64,000 nt of DNA, taken from assembly GCF_009914755.1 (NCBI RefSeq), contig NC_060931.1. The stretch is one strand, 5' to 3'. Below are positions 29,042 to 44,785 of this stretch, in pieces. The number at the start of each line of letters is the position of its first letter. The stretch's first letter is position 1. The position numbers and the translations under genes are program-made. Below the pieces are notes generated by a model. The model made no database searches. It had not been told where the DNA came from and saw nothing but the letters and a program-made list of their open reading frames with translations. This stretch comes from the human T2T-CHM13v2.0 reference genome, Homo sapiens.

Positions 29042-31065
29042 CTGCCATGAGCAGAAAACAACTGATAGATTGTGCAAGCTACAGTTTTATTTGGTATTAT
29101 TATTTTATATTTTAGTGCTTTTGACTTACATTCAAAACTTAGAAATCTCCCATGATTTATTTGGAACACAATAGAGAATTCCTTCAGGTATGATTGCCTC
29201 TTTCTAAAACTCCACTCCCCACTTAAAAAAAAAAAAAAAAAAAAAAAAAAGTAATTAAAGCATGTCATCAGGCAAATGCCCTGAAAGCCTTTGAGCTCAA
29301 AATCTGTTTGGGCCACAAAGAGACAGTCCCAAGACCTCACCCCCATAGTGAACACAGTGAATTCTTCAGAGTTGGCTCCAAACTTTTCAGCTCTGCAATA
29401 CATCCAGGTCCAAATGATCTTCAAATTTTCTCCTCCGGACAAGCACTTGAAAGACTAGGATATAATTAAGATATACCCCACTTCATATTGAAGAAGGGAC
29501 ATTTAGCAACAGACTAGAATTCTAGGTAAATTGCAGTTGCCTCCATATCATTAAAGCAGGTTTTTTAAAAAGTCTAATTTACTATGAGCTTAAAAACCAA
29601 GAAAATGAACTTTTAAAGGAGCTTGACTACCATACAAACTCCGTGGATACAAGGATAATCATAGCACCTGCCCGGTGACACACCTTTGGCATAAATATAG
29701 TTCAGGTTTTGTATAAGCCATACCATCCCTTTTTCATTCTTACCATTTGGTGAAGGCTTTGATTTATTTACTTATAGAAAATCATTTATTTGTTACAAGA
29801 TTTCAAGCAGGTAAGGAAATGAAGGCTTAAAGAGATTAGGTAACTTGTTGCTGTTACCAAATCTAGTAAATATCAGGGCAAGGACTTGAACTCTAGTCTG
29901 GACAACTTCCCAAACCTGTGCTGTTTCTGCCATGCTCAGTTAAGTTTCTAATTTTGTCTTCAAACTTTCAACAGAGAACATGAACAAAGACACAGAGGTT
30001 TGAATAATCAGTGTTGTGATTAGGGTCCACTTAACACACAGGTTTAGTTGTGCATACATTTGATAACTTTAAATATAGCTATAATTATAAAATATATATT
30101 TTTTGAAAAGATATTTTGCTTTTATAGTGAAACCAGCATTTCACTGGTTCCACCTGATGTTTTGTTTCTACTTTACTAGTGCAATGTATGACATGGAAAG
30201 ATTTTATACTTTAAGGAATTGCAAAAAACAAACAAAAAAAAGCTTGAATATCTATGCTACAAATTTGTACCCTATTTCTTAGAATCAGACATTTATTTCA
30301 GAGGAGTGCCTTTTACCCTCTTTTCTTCACTCCCATGATCATTCTACCTTTTCTATTTTAGTATTCCTGTGACCATGAATTATCAGATATCAGATAGTTA
30401 GAAGACAAAGGGATTCATGCTATTACACACACAGCTATTGTACAACTTGGCTTGTATGTATTTTGAGTACAAATAGTTCTGTTCTAGATGGTTGGGGGAA
30501 AACAATGATTGCTTACAAGTTACAGGTAAACTAGAATTTAAACATTGAGAAATATGAAAATACTATCTAAAGAAATCCTTAAAACTTTAGGTAGATCTAA
30601 TTGTAAAAGCCTATAATGGGCTGTGTTTAATAATTAGGACAAAACTAGCACAAAAGTTATGAGGTCAAAGTGGACATTGTGCTAGAACACAGTTATACAG
30701 TTATGAAACCTGAATAAATTAATCTAAGAATGTATCTGGTAAAATAAGGCAGAACTTATTGTGTAGTAATAGGCACTTCTGAGAACTCAAAAAAAAAAAA
30801 CATATTGCAATGTTATTAGGAAAATCTACTTTGAAATTAAGCAAGCTACTGGAATTTTTCAGAATGTTTATTTACTTGATATTTTTGAGTTTGTAAGTAA
30901 ACTTTCACCCTTTTATTCTGAGATAAAGAATAGGTAGTCACTGAAGTTTATAGTAATGATAGTAAAACAAAAATACAAGATATTAGTCACATGAACCAAT
31001 GAAGTAGAACAGAGAGAAGATAAATAATCCACTCACATATCAAGTGACTTTTTTTATAAGACTGC

Positions 31066-31541
31066 TGTGATGGTTAGTCTTATGTGTAAACTTGACTGAG
31101 CACAGGTGCTAGACACTTGATCATTCATTATGATGGGTGAGTTGGTGAAGGTGTTGCTCCATGAGATTAGCATTTGAATCTGTTCTGAATACTGCAGATT
31201 GCCCTCCTCAATGTAGGTGGTGCCTTTAGACTTCAATGGAAACATTCATTCTTCTTGTGTCTTGAAGCTGCTGATTATTGTACTGGAATTTATACCATTG
31301 GCTCTCCTGGTTATCAGGCCTTCAGACTTAGACGGAAACTGTATATTGGAATTCCTGGACTTAAAACTTGCTGGCTACAGATCTTGGGGCTTCTCTGTCT
31401 CTAAAATTATGTGAACCAATTACTGATAATAAATCTCTTTATATCTGAGACAGATATAGATATAAATATAAATATACAGATATATAGATATAGATATAAA
31501 TTCTATTAGTTCTGTTTCTCTGGAGAACTCTGACTAATACA
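31066..31541 (+). mobile_element. MLT2 (ERVL) LTR
   Basis: tgtgatggttagtcttatgtgtaaacttgactg ... aataaatctc ... ttctgtttctctggagaactctgactaataca. Confidence 0.85.
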
Positions 31542-32850
31542 GATTTTGGTACTAGGCATGGGGTCCTGCTTAGAAAAAATTACCTAAACATCTGGAAGTG
31601 GTTTTGAAGATGGGTAATAGAGGATAGAAGATTTCTGATGTACATGCTAGAAATATGAATATTAAGGGCGATTCTGGTGAAGTCTCAAAAAGAAATGAGG
31701 AACATGTTGGAAACTGGAGGAAAGGCTGTCTTTATTATAAAGTATCAAAGAAGTTGGTTGATCTGTGTTCTAATGCTTTGTGGAAGGTGGACTTTGTGAG
31801 CAATAAAATCAGATATTTACCTGAGGTGATTTATAAGCAAAGTATTGAAGAGTCAGCTTAGTACCTCCTGACTCCTTATAGAACAATGCAAGAAGAGAGA
31901 GATGAATTGAAAAAGGAATTGCTAAGCAGAAAGGAATCAGAACTTGGAGGTTTGAAAATTTCTTAACCTATCCATATTGCAAAAGGTCAGAAAGCTTGTT
32001 CTGAAGAGAAAAATTAAAGATATAGTTGAACAACTATATGATAAAGAAATCGGGGGTGAGACCAATGGACTTTACCAGTCATTTCAACAGAAACCAAAAA
32101 TAGAGATGGGGCTATACCAGCAAAAACCTTGCCAGTTTAAACTAAAGCGAAAAAGAAAGAATGAAAGGAAGGAAGGCTGTTGGACTTCTTAAATATGACA
32201 AGATAGAACAACAGAACTATTTGGCTAGAAATGTGCCCTATTCATCAAGAAAAGGGAAAAATGATCCCGAAAGCAATTCAGAGATCATCAGGGCCACTAC
32301 CTTCATTTCAACAGGTCAGATAGGCTTTTTTCAGAGCATTAAGGGGAATATTACCCTGCCAGAGCCCTGTACTTGTTCAGCAAAGCCTCAGGGGTGCAAT
32401 ATCTAACCCATGGGTCCAAATGGCAGGTTCACGGCCCCAGTGGGTCCAGAAGGTAGGGGATCTAACCAAATAGGATTATTCTTCAATCATAAGATTTACT
32501 GGAATTTGCCTTGCCAAGTTTTAGACTTGCTTGGGACCTATCACCCCTTCCTTCTTTCCTAATTTTTCTCTTTGGAATGGGAATGTCTGTCCTATGCCTG
32601 TCCCACCATTGTATTTTGGAAGCATATAACTTCTCTCGTTTCATGGTTCAGAAGTGGGGAATAATTTTGCCTTAGGATGAATTGTACCTCAAGTCTCACC
32701 CATATCAATGAGCCTTTGGACTTTACAGTTTAGAGTTAATGCTGAAATAAGCAGGACTTTTGGTGCCATTGAGGTGGAATAAATATATTTTGCATGTAAG
32801 AAGGACAAAAATTTGGGGGTGCTGGGCAGAATGTTAATGAGTGAATATGT
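31542..32850 (+). mobile_element. MaLR (MLT1/MST-type) internal sequence
   Basis: gattttggtac...ggaagtggttttgaagatgggtaat...ggaaactggaggaaagg; ends ttttgcatgtaagaaggac...gggcagaa-tgtta. Confidence 0.8.
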
Positions 32851-35559
32851 TCTAGAAAAAGCGCATTGAAGGAGAGAAAAATGTGCGAGAAAGAGACCAA
32901 TCCATGGTGAAAAGTCAGTGGTTTACACTCCAGAGAAGAACTAATCAGCTCTGTTTTTATATAGCATAAGTTTAACATGCTGGGAAATGCTCCTTTGCCT
33001 TGGTTGGTGGTCAGGCAGAGAGAATTTAGAAGAAAACAAAGGTTCATTTAGCACTTGGAGGCACCAAGTATTAGCCTCTTTTTTTTTTCCCTAAGATACT
33101 AAACAAAAGTGTGATGTCACACAGATCTTACTGAACTGAATAACTGTGGGATTCCATGGTGACCTTAACATTTGAATTCACACTCCTACGCAATGGGTGG
33201 CTTTTTTCAGAATAAAGAGGTTTTTAAACACATGTGCTACAAAGCCCAGCAAGATCTCAGGAAAAGAATATGCGACAATTGAAGAGGGTGCCTCCACAGA
33301 AAAATTAATTATATGGTGACTTATGGATGAAACACACACAGTTGCTGCTCAGGCTGTAATATTATCCATGTTTAGCTAATTCCCAAAGAACAATGAATCA
33401 CATATAAGTTGTAAATACTGGGCTTTTTGTTTTATAAAACCCCAAACAAATGTGTTACCATTTTGTACGTGAATAAGAACTTATATTAATAATCTCTTGG
33501 TCTGAAAATAGTACTGATAGGTCAAAAAAAAAAAAGGACAAAATATCCAGGAAAGATACACCCAAAAGAAATATAACCTAGAAAAATGAGGAAGTTTAAT
33601 GCATGCTTTCTTGTGTTTTTCAATTCTTTCTTGCTAAAAAAGAATTATCATTATCACTTACAGAATTCAAAAGACTCTCCTCAGTTTTTTACAATATGCT
33701 GTGTCAAAGCAAGACCCTGATACCCCAACTGCAGAGTGTACTCCAGAGTCTGGCTCCTAGAGCATTTCTGATACCTAGAAAAGCAGACAGGAAAGCACAT
33801 AACTATAAAACTAAAGCATTGCAAACCAGTCAGTGTGGCTGTTTAAAAAACATAAAGTCCTACACTGGAAACCTCTAATAGTCAGAGGTGGGAGAGGGTC
33901 TATAATCTCCAGCCCTGTACCTCACTTCCAAGAAGTCAACTGCAGTAAAACAGATTGCAGTAAAACAAATTTCAGACCACCTTCTGTCAGATGCAGACAT
34001 TTATTATTAAAGAGTAGGTGTGAACTTTCTGGAGCAGCACAGTCCCTCTCTCTGACCTAAGACATAGCCAGCAGCCCTATGTATGGAACGCCCACTTCAG
34101 AGGGGACTCAAAGTCAGCATCTATAGTCTGATCCTGATCCTCTGAGGCAAGGGGGTCTGCAGGTCCACTAGAGTGCAGACCTGAAGTTCCACTCCATTGA
34201 TACATACAGCCTGGTTACTGGGTATCTTCTCCTGTGTATTTATTCGGGCCAAAGTATTGGGTCCTGAATCACCATTCCAAGCAATCATAACCTAAATATC
34301 ACTCATTTCAATTTCACTAATAATGATACATTATTAGTTAACTAAGCCTAGAGCATTCATTTTGAATAAGGAATTCATCTACTAAAAGCTCTCCCTAAAG
34401 CGCTGACTATAGGTAACTTGTATATACTCTGGACAATAGTATTTAGGATAAATTATCCCACAGACAGTATAACCAGAGGAAGCAACACTGGAGATTGGGC
34501 TTGAATCCAAACTTAATTGAAGACCTTCTAAGTGCTAGGTCTTTTGGGTTTAAGATAACTAGGCAAAAGGAAAGAAAAGGAATGGAATGAAAAACAAAAC
34601 AAAATACTGTTGTCGTCCTCCATAATTTTACCACATATCCATGATAATAACCAATATGGCTACAAAAACTGAGTAGCAAAATCTCAGAAATTGATCAAAG
34701 TAAATCTGATCTGTGCTTCTGTGTGGATGGGGATGGTTTCAGACAGAATCTCTCTTTCACACAGTGGCCAGATCCAGTGCTCTCTCATCTCTGAAACTTG
34801 GTCCCCCAAATTTGGAAAAAATTATTCAGAAGATAGAATATCAAGGCAAAAATTCTAACTTAATTAGGTAAAGAAACTCATGCAAAAGTGAAATTTGCAT
34901 GAAGAAGCAAGGTTAAATCAACTGGATTGCCCAAGGTTGACAACATTCAGCACCAGCAAAGAGAGTTATATCAACCTAAACAAGAAACAGACAGTCTTCT
35001 GTTGAAGGCAACATTCAGATTTGGTGAAGCACTATAGGCTGGTGACTATATATTTGCTAAATTTTTGTGTTGTGTCAAAGACCCCAAAACAATTCTTGGT
35101 ACTCACACAATGACAATCAGAAAAACACCAGTAGACAGGAAGCCAGATCTGATATTGAAGGAGATGTGACAACCTTCCCTGTCAAAATATTTACAATAAT
35201 TAAAACAAACTATAAATAGAAATAGTTATGAAACATAAAATGATAAAATATAATGTTATAAATATAAACAAATGATAAATATAAACAAAAAAGGAAACAG
35301 AATGTCAACATGGTTGACACTCTGCTTATAAAATACAGAAACAGATTTTTTTTGTCAGGAGATGAAATTATCTACTTTAAAACCTAGATGACAAGCAGAT
35401 GGAAAAATAATTCTCTTTTAATCCCCGGCTAGCTGACTCATAGCCAAAAGGATATGGTAATATCAGTTGACAACAGAGCCACCCACTAAAAACATACAAC
35501 TCACTAAGGAATAATGACTTTGCAGAGGAAGTAAAATTACAGATGTAAGAAATTAGGTC

Positions 35560-37200
<1,641 letters not shown>

Positions 37201-37204
37201 ATGA

Positions 37205-40200
37205 AGGGCAGAGGGTGGAATTCCATATGACTGATTAACCACAAAGAAGGACCAAAATGGTAAGTAGATAACCATACATCAAATAGAGCTTCTAAGAGAG
37301 AACACTGGAATTCAGCAGGAAAGTGACAGGGAACAACTGAGGCATAGAAAGAGAGGAAAGCGAAACAGCCAGCCTGGCTGGGATTGGTTCAAAGCTAGGA
37401 GAAACTCTCTATTGTAGGGAAAAGACAACTAAGATATCCCCAGTTGTTCATATTCTCACTATGGACCCCTGCAATCCTAGCCACAAGAGAGTTTCTTTGC
37501 CCTTATGGACTCTGATACTAGTACAGGAGATGTCTGGAGTCTACATAGTGACATTATTCCAGAGAAGGGGTTTGTGCTGAGTCCCACCCACCCCCTGAGA
37601 CCCAAGCAGCTGCAGCACAGGGCCCTTTTGAGAGCCCAGTCCCCACCAGCTATATCCGCCTCTGGAGCCCAACAGCCCCTGAATCTCCACATTCCTGAAG
37701 CTCCACTTCCATCCCCCAACATCCATTCAGAGCACTGTAGCATTGCACCACCAGATGCACCCAGCAATGTGGCTGCGTCTCAAGGACTCTAACCAAGGCA
37801 GTGTCCTATACCCTGGGGAACAGGCAGTGCAGCACACTAGGAAAGCTGCCCCCAGGACAAAAGAAGCCAAAGCTTACTCTGCTTGCAGCCTAAGAACTAA
37901 CTGCCTAAGGAGATTACCGCTGACAACAACCTCACTTCCTCCAGCCTCCTGTATGTACCTTCAGAGGGCCTGGGACTGGCCTGCTCAGGCACTGGGCCTA
38001 AGAACAAGCCTGTGTCACTCAGTGCCACTGGTGCCCACATGCATGGTCTGGGGTCCCAAGGATTGATCCACTCAACCTGCTCTGGCTGGCCTGTGCATTC
38101 CACCAGGGGGCCTAATGACAGGTCCACCCCACCCACCACTGCCATTGTTGAACATGTGTGCCATCCAGGGATCTGAGGAAAGGCCAGCCCCACCCATTTC
38201 CACTGCCACAAGTACCTGTGTGCACTATCAGGGGGCCTGAGAACTGAACCACCAAGCCAACCATCGCCACTGCTAGCACCCCCTACATGCCACTCAGGGG
38301 CCTGAGGATTGGACCGCCATTACTATTGCCACCACTGATGTCAACAGGGGCCCAAGAACCCACCCGTTCACCCACTCAGTCCAGCCACCATTGCCACCCA
38401 AGCAAGTCACCCGGAGGCCAAAAGGACCTGCCTGCCTAGACCCTTAATCACCATGCCTGGAACATCTCCCAGGGACCTGAGAAAAATCATGCCTGATGTC
38501 CTTGTCCCCAGTGGAGCCTTGCCACAGCCTCCACTAACAACTAAAGTCTAAGCCACTAAGTCACAGACACCACTGACACTGATTACAGCTAAAGAAATCA
38601 TACAGAGACTACACTGCTGCACTCATCCAGAATCAAAGCCAAAGTACCCTACCCAGCCACTATAGATACATCTATAGGAAAATGTCTTTTCCTGTGAAAG
38701 CCAATACATAACATTAGGAGAAGCAACAGTTACACCAGATATGCAGATATCAATGTAAGGAACAAGAAACATGATAAAGCAAGGAAACATGACATGTTTC
38801 CAAAGAAACACAATTCTCCAGTAACTGGTCCCAACAAAAAGAAAATCCATGAATGGCCTTAAAAATAATTAAAAATAATTATATTAAAGAAATTTGATGG
38901 AATACTAGAGAATACAGATAATGCAAATAAATAAGAAAAACACTTCATGATCTACAGAAGAAGTTTAACAAGGAACAGATATCATAAGAGAACCAAATAG
39001 AAATCCTGGAACTAAAGAATTCAATAAATGAAAGAAAAAATACAACTGAGAGCTCCAACAACAGACCAAGCAGAAGAAAGAAAGTTGTTGTTGTTTTTTC
39101 TTTTTTTTTGAGACAGAGTCTCACTCTGTTGCCAGGCTGGAGTGCAGTGGCATGATCTCAGCTCACTGAAACATCCACCTCCCAGGTTCAAGCAATTCTC
39201 CTGCCTCAGCGTCCAAAGTAGCTGGGACTACTGGCATATGCCACCACGCCCAGCTAATTTTTTTGTATTTTTATTAAAGACAGGGTTTTACCATGTTGGC
39301 CCGGATGGTCTTGATCTCTTGACCTCGTGATCCACCCATCTTGGCCTCCCAAAGTGCTGGGATTACAGGTGTGAGCGACCGCGCCTGGCCAGAAGAAACA
39401 ATTTCTAAATTTGAAGACAGGTCGTTTGAAATAACCCAGTCAGAAACAAACAAACAAAAAAGAATTTAAAATAATGAAGAAAGTCTCTGTGACATGTGGG
39501 AAACAATAAAGCAACCAAATATTCAAATGTTGGGAATTTAAGAAGGGGAAGAGAATATAAAAAACATTAAAAGTCCACTAATAAAATAATTGCTGAAAAA
39601 AATCCCAAGTTTAGCAAGAAATTTAAACATCCAGATACTGGAAGCTCAGAGATCCTGAAATAAATATAAACCAAAGGTCTTCTTTAAGGCACATTATAGC
39701 CAAATTGTCAAAAGTCAAAGACAAAGAGATAATTCTAAAAACAGTAAGAGAAAAGCATCTAGTCACTTGTAAGGGAACTCTCATCAGACTAAGCAAATTT
39801 TTCAGCAGAAACCTTTCAGGCCAGGAGAGAACAGGATGATATATTCAAAGAACTGAAAGACAAAAGAAAATCAGCCAAGAATACTTATTACTTATAAATG
39901 AAGGAAAAATAAAGTCTTTCCCAGACAAGCAAAAGCTGAAGGAATTTATCACCACTAGACCAGTCCTACTTCAAAAGCCTAAGGGAATGCTACACCTAGA
40001 TGCAAAAGGATGATACCTACCATGAACAAAACACACAAAACTATGAAAACCAATGGTAGAGAAAACACATAAATAAGAAAGAGGACACAAATGTCAAGAC
40101 TACAGAAACCATCAAATCACAATGACAAACATAAGAGACAAAGGAAGGAACAAAGAATATAAAAAACAATTAGGAATTAATTAATAAAAATACAGTAATA

Positions 40201-40945
40201 AGCTCTCACATATCAATAACAATCTTCAATGTGAATGAATTAAACTTTCCACTTAAAAAATATAGGCTGGTTGAATGAATTAAAAAACATGATCCAACTA
40301 TATGCTGCCTATAGGAAACTTATCTGTAAAGACACATATATACTGAAAGTAAAGAGAGAGAAAAGGATATTCCATGCAAATGCAAGCCAAAAGTGAGCAG
40401 GAGTAGCTATATTTATGTCAGATGAAAGAAACTTTAAGTAAAAAACAATAAATAGAGACAAAGAATTGTTACATCCTCTTGCTGAATTAATCCTTTTATC
40501 ATTATATAAATATGGGGATACATATAAAGATAAAGCAATTAGTTCAGCAAGAGGCTATAACAATTCAAAATATATATGCACCCAACTTTGATGCACCCAG
40601 ATATATAAAGCAAATATTAGATCTAAAGGAAGAAATAGACTCCAATACACTATTAGTTGGGGTCTTCAACACCCTACTCGCAGCATTAGGAAGATTATTT
40701 ACACAGAAAATTAACAAAGAAATATTGAATTTAAACTATACTTTAAAAACCATATGGACCTAACACATTTACAGAACATTTTATCCAATAGCCACAGAAT
40801 AAACATTCTTCTCATCAGCACATAGAACATTATCCAGGATGGACCATATATTAGACCACAAAACAAGCCCCAGCAAATTTTTAAAAACCAAAATTATATC
40901 AAGATTATTTTCAGACAACAATGGAATAAAACTATAAAGCAATTA
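37205..40945 (+). mobile_element. L1M1/L1MA-type LINE: 5'UTR, decayed ORF1 and ORF2 endonuclease start; 3'-truncated
   Basis: GC-rich 5'UTR at 37.2-38.7 kb, ORF1-like A-rich region, endonuclease peptide NIYAPNFDAPRYIKQIL. Confidence 0.88.
39085..39390 (-). mobile_element. AluSc inserted in L1 ORF1
   Basis: Sc diagnostics; TSD agaagaaagaa / agaagaaacaa. Confidence 0.93.
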
Positions 40946-41476
40946 CAATAATTTTCATCTGTTTTGTTTACTGCTGTATTCCCAGAATCTAAAGTAATGC
41001 TTACTACAATGTTGATGCTGAATATTTATTGATCTAATAAGTGATGTTAAATTTACATTTATTTTACAAATTCTCTAAGATATTTTTACTTAGATGATAT
41101 TTTAGAACTACATGTTTAAGTCAGAATATCCCTTAAATAGAGGTTTGTTAAACTTAAAAAGCAATTTCTTTAGAAATGACATCCTTACTCCAAACTTTGT
41201 GAATCCTATTATCTCCAAGTATTTGACTTTTATTATATGTCAAAGTATTTTTTATACATATATAACTACAGGAAAATTATACATAGTATAATATAATATA
41301 TATAAGTAATATGTATATATTACTACAGGAAAATTATATGTAAAGACACATAGAAAGTAAAGAGATGAAAAAGGTATAAAGTGTGTGTGTGTATATATTT
41401 ATAAATATGTGTATAAAAATATACTTTATATACAAATAAACCTTATATACCTTGGATTGGAGATAGACATACATAT

Positions 41477-42194
41477 CTACAGGCCCTGTGCAAGTCTGAA
41501 ATCCAGCCCTACTGGGGGTCTGTAGCCCCTTTCTTTTGGCCAATTTTTCCCTTTTGGAATGGGAGTATTCACCTAATGCCTGTATCCCCATTGTATCTTA
41601 GGAATAACTAACTTGTTTTTTATTTTACAGGTGGAGGAGGCTAGCCTAGTCTCAGACAAGACTTTGGACTTTGGACTTTTCAGTTAATGCTTGAAATGAG
41701 TTAAGACTTTTGGGGACTGCTGGGAAGGCATGACTGTATTTTGAAATGTGAGAAGGACATGAGATTTGGGAGGGGCCAGGAGAAGAATAATACAGGTTGG
41801 ATCTGTGTCCCCACCCAAATCTCATGTGGAATTGTAATCCCCAATGTTGGAGGTGGGGCCTGGTGGGAGGTGATGGAATCATGGCGGCAGCTTCTCATGG
41901 TTTAACACCATCCCACTTAAGACTGCAGAGTAAGTGAATTATCACAAGATTTGGTTTTTTAAAAGTGTGTGGCACCTTCCCCGTCTCTCTCTTCTTCTGC
42001 TCCAGCCAAGTAAAATGTGCCTGTTTTCCCTTTGTTTGTCGCTATGGTTGTAAGTTTCCTGAGGCTTCCCCAGAAGCAGAAGATGCTATGCTTCCTGTAC
42101 AGCCTGCAGAACCATGAACCAATTAAACCTCTTTTTTTTTTAAATAACCAGTCTCAGGTATTGCTTTATAGCAGTGTGAGAACAGACTAATACA
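41477..42194 (+). mobile_element. MST (MSTA/B) internal 3' end plus LTR (~41788-42194)
   Basis: tgtagcccctttcttttggccaat...gagatttgggaggggccagg; LTR ctgtgtccccacccaaatctcatg...gaacagactaataca. Confidence 0.9.
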
Positions 42195-42804
42195 ACCACC
42201 TCTACATAAATCTGGAGTTGTCTTCTTCTAGGATGGGGTACAACTAGTGAGGATTCATGGCCTGGCCATGGCCATCTTCCAAGAAGACTTCATCACCAAA
42301 TCTGTTCTTAATTAATTGCACCTGGTTTTGGGATGTTATCTCTATTGCATTTTAATGTCTGCAAAAATATCCTTTGGCATTAACATTTAATGACATCATC
42401 TTCACATACATTGGACAAAGCCTCTTTCATTCTTGTGTGTGATTTTCTAATACACTGTTATATTCATAAACTCTGGAAGTTTATTAGGAGACAACAAGAA
42501 ATAAAAGATTTCAGACTAAGACAGAAACCTTCAAAGAAAATATCCCAAAACTTGTGACATGATTTTAAACTCCTATCCCTATTAAAGTTACAAAATAACC
42601 AGATTTTTTGAATATTAAAAGTACTGCTTTTAATACACAAAAATTTGAATGTGTCCCCTGAAATTGATGACATAGCAGACTTACATCTAACTCACCTGAT
42701 AAGTCAGCTTGCTGATGAATAACAGGCAGGTTGGAAAGGTGGCTACTTTTAGATCTATCTTTATTCCTTCAGTTTATTGAAACAAAAGATACATGAATGC
42801 TTAC

Positions 42805-42847
42805 CTCTCCCTTGGACCGGATTACATAGCAGCATTAGCTAAGACAC
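42805..42847 (-). other. Candidate 43-nt exon
   Basis: tttcatgattctctataacattag|GTGTCTTAGC...GGGAGAG|gtaagc; all three frames contain a stop. Confidence 0.3.
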
Positions 42848-44544
42848 CTAATGTTATAGAGAATCATGAAACATATATTTGTGGCCATAAAACCCAAAGA
42901 AAATCTATATATTATTTCTAATATATAAAATAAAAATACGATGTGTATGTTAGACTTTTCTTCACAGGAATATAAATTCTACTCAGGATTACATTGAAGG
43001 TAAAATGTACATGTTAATGCCACTTTTTGTCTTATTACTGTCAGGAGACATCAGAGGATTCAAATTTTGCTAGAAACTCACCCTGGTTGTTTTAGTTACT
43101 AATCCTCTTATTGCAACATATTGAGCATATTTTGTATAAGTAATCATAATTCAAAACTTGAAATAAATAAAATAAAAATTCTTTTCAGGGAAAAAACTTT
43201 TACTCACTTTTTTGAATGAACATTATGTGAAGCAGAAGATCAGCCCCAAGGGCAGGGGCTTTTGTTTGTTTAATTTAGTGTGGATTTCCCAGTGCTTAGC
43301 CCAACAGCCTGGCAGTTTGTCAATGCTCAATTAGTATTTGTTGAATGAATGAATTTGGATAATGATCATAATGCTTCTTTATTTCTTAAAGTAAAAGCAT
43401 GCAGCTGAGTAAACTAAATACTCCCAATCTGATCAAATAATCAATCAATATTTTAGAATCTATTTTAATAATAGTCATTATTTAAGGAACACCAAATATG
43501 TGCTAGGCACTAAAGTAAATTAACACATTTAATTCTTACAGCAATTCTATTTGAAGGACAACTGATATTTTGCCCATCTTATCACTGAGAAACTCATTGA
43601 CAATTGCCTTTCTAAAGGTCATAGGGTAATCGTAGAGACAGAATTTGGTTTCATGCTTGCCTAACAACAAAGCCTTTTTCACTTTACTACCTTAACTTAT
43701 GGCCATTTCCCTTGAGCCAAACCAGGTTTTCTCACTCCTTTATAACCAATGCCCTCACTTGACAAACAAATATCTCTTGAATTACTTGATTATACATTAA
43801 ATACCATGATTGAAAGCAAGTCAAAGCAAAGAGGAATAAACTTCAGTGTTTTCATGCTTTAACACCTATGCCCCTAGATTCTGATGCCTCCCCACCCTTC
43901 TTTTCCCAACCCTATCTCACCACATTGAGAAACACAGTCCTAAATGATACTTTTTATTAAGCTTTTGTGTGGTTGGTTTATACTGATACATATATAATTG
44001 CCTATTCTTAGGTTAATTATATGAAATTTATTTTTAAGTAATCTGTACATTGAAGACTTCTCAGATAATTTCGTGGAATTTCTTATCAGTTCTTAAGTTC
44101 TAAACACAATATGATTCCAATGAAATAGTTGAAAGGGAGTTCATTTAGTGTGCTTTAAACTTATTCCTGAACCTGAAAAATGTTCTATATATCAAGAATC
44201 TCAAGTGGTAAATTTGTTAAATAACTACATTGAATAAATTATCAAAGGGCAATTTTTATTTCTAAATCTGGGCAATGGTAACTGCTACAGAACTGCCTGC
44301 TTATGCTGAAGCAGGAGTGAGAACTAAAGCAGTGTTCACTGCCCTAAAGAAAATTATTGTGCTTAATGTTGGTAGAAGGCATAAGAGGAAGGCATGGTTG
44401 GTAGCAAATTGTACTTACAAAGATTTTTAAAGCAGAAATTATTTTCTTTCTAAATTCAAAATATATACCTTTAAAACCGAGAAATCTTAGGGTTTCAAAA
44501 GATACCATTTCCATGGTCCTGGGCAATAGTATACTAAATTATTA

Positions 44545-44785
44545 CTAGAACTAACATTTAGTAAACACTTAACATGGGCCAGGTACAGTGCTAAATGCTT
44601 TACAATTATTATTCCATGTGAAACTCACGGCAACCCCATGAGGAAGATACTGTTAGTCCCCTCATGTGGTAGTTGAAAAAGCCAAGGCTTAGAGAGGTTA
44701 AGGAATTTATCCAAAGTCATATTGATAGAAAGTGGTCAAGGCTGATTCAGAAAGATTGGTCTGACTCCAGAGCTTAAATTCTAAT
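44545..44785 (-). mobile_element. MIR
   Basis: ccaggtacagtgctaaatgcttt...aggcttagagaggttaag...tctgactccagagc. Confidence 0.75.

Noticed and set aside
29035-29442. Longest ORF (135 aa, minus strand)
   Set aside because: Non-ATG start, reads through a 26-nt poly-A/T run, and has no recognisable homology.
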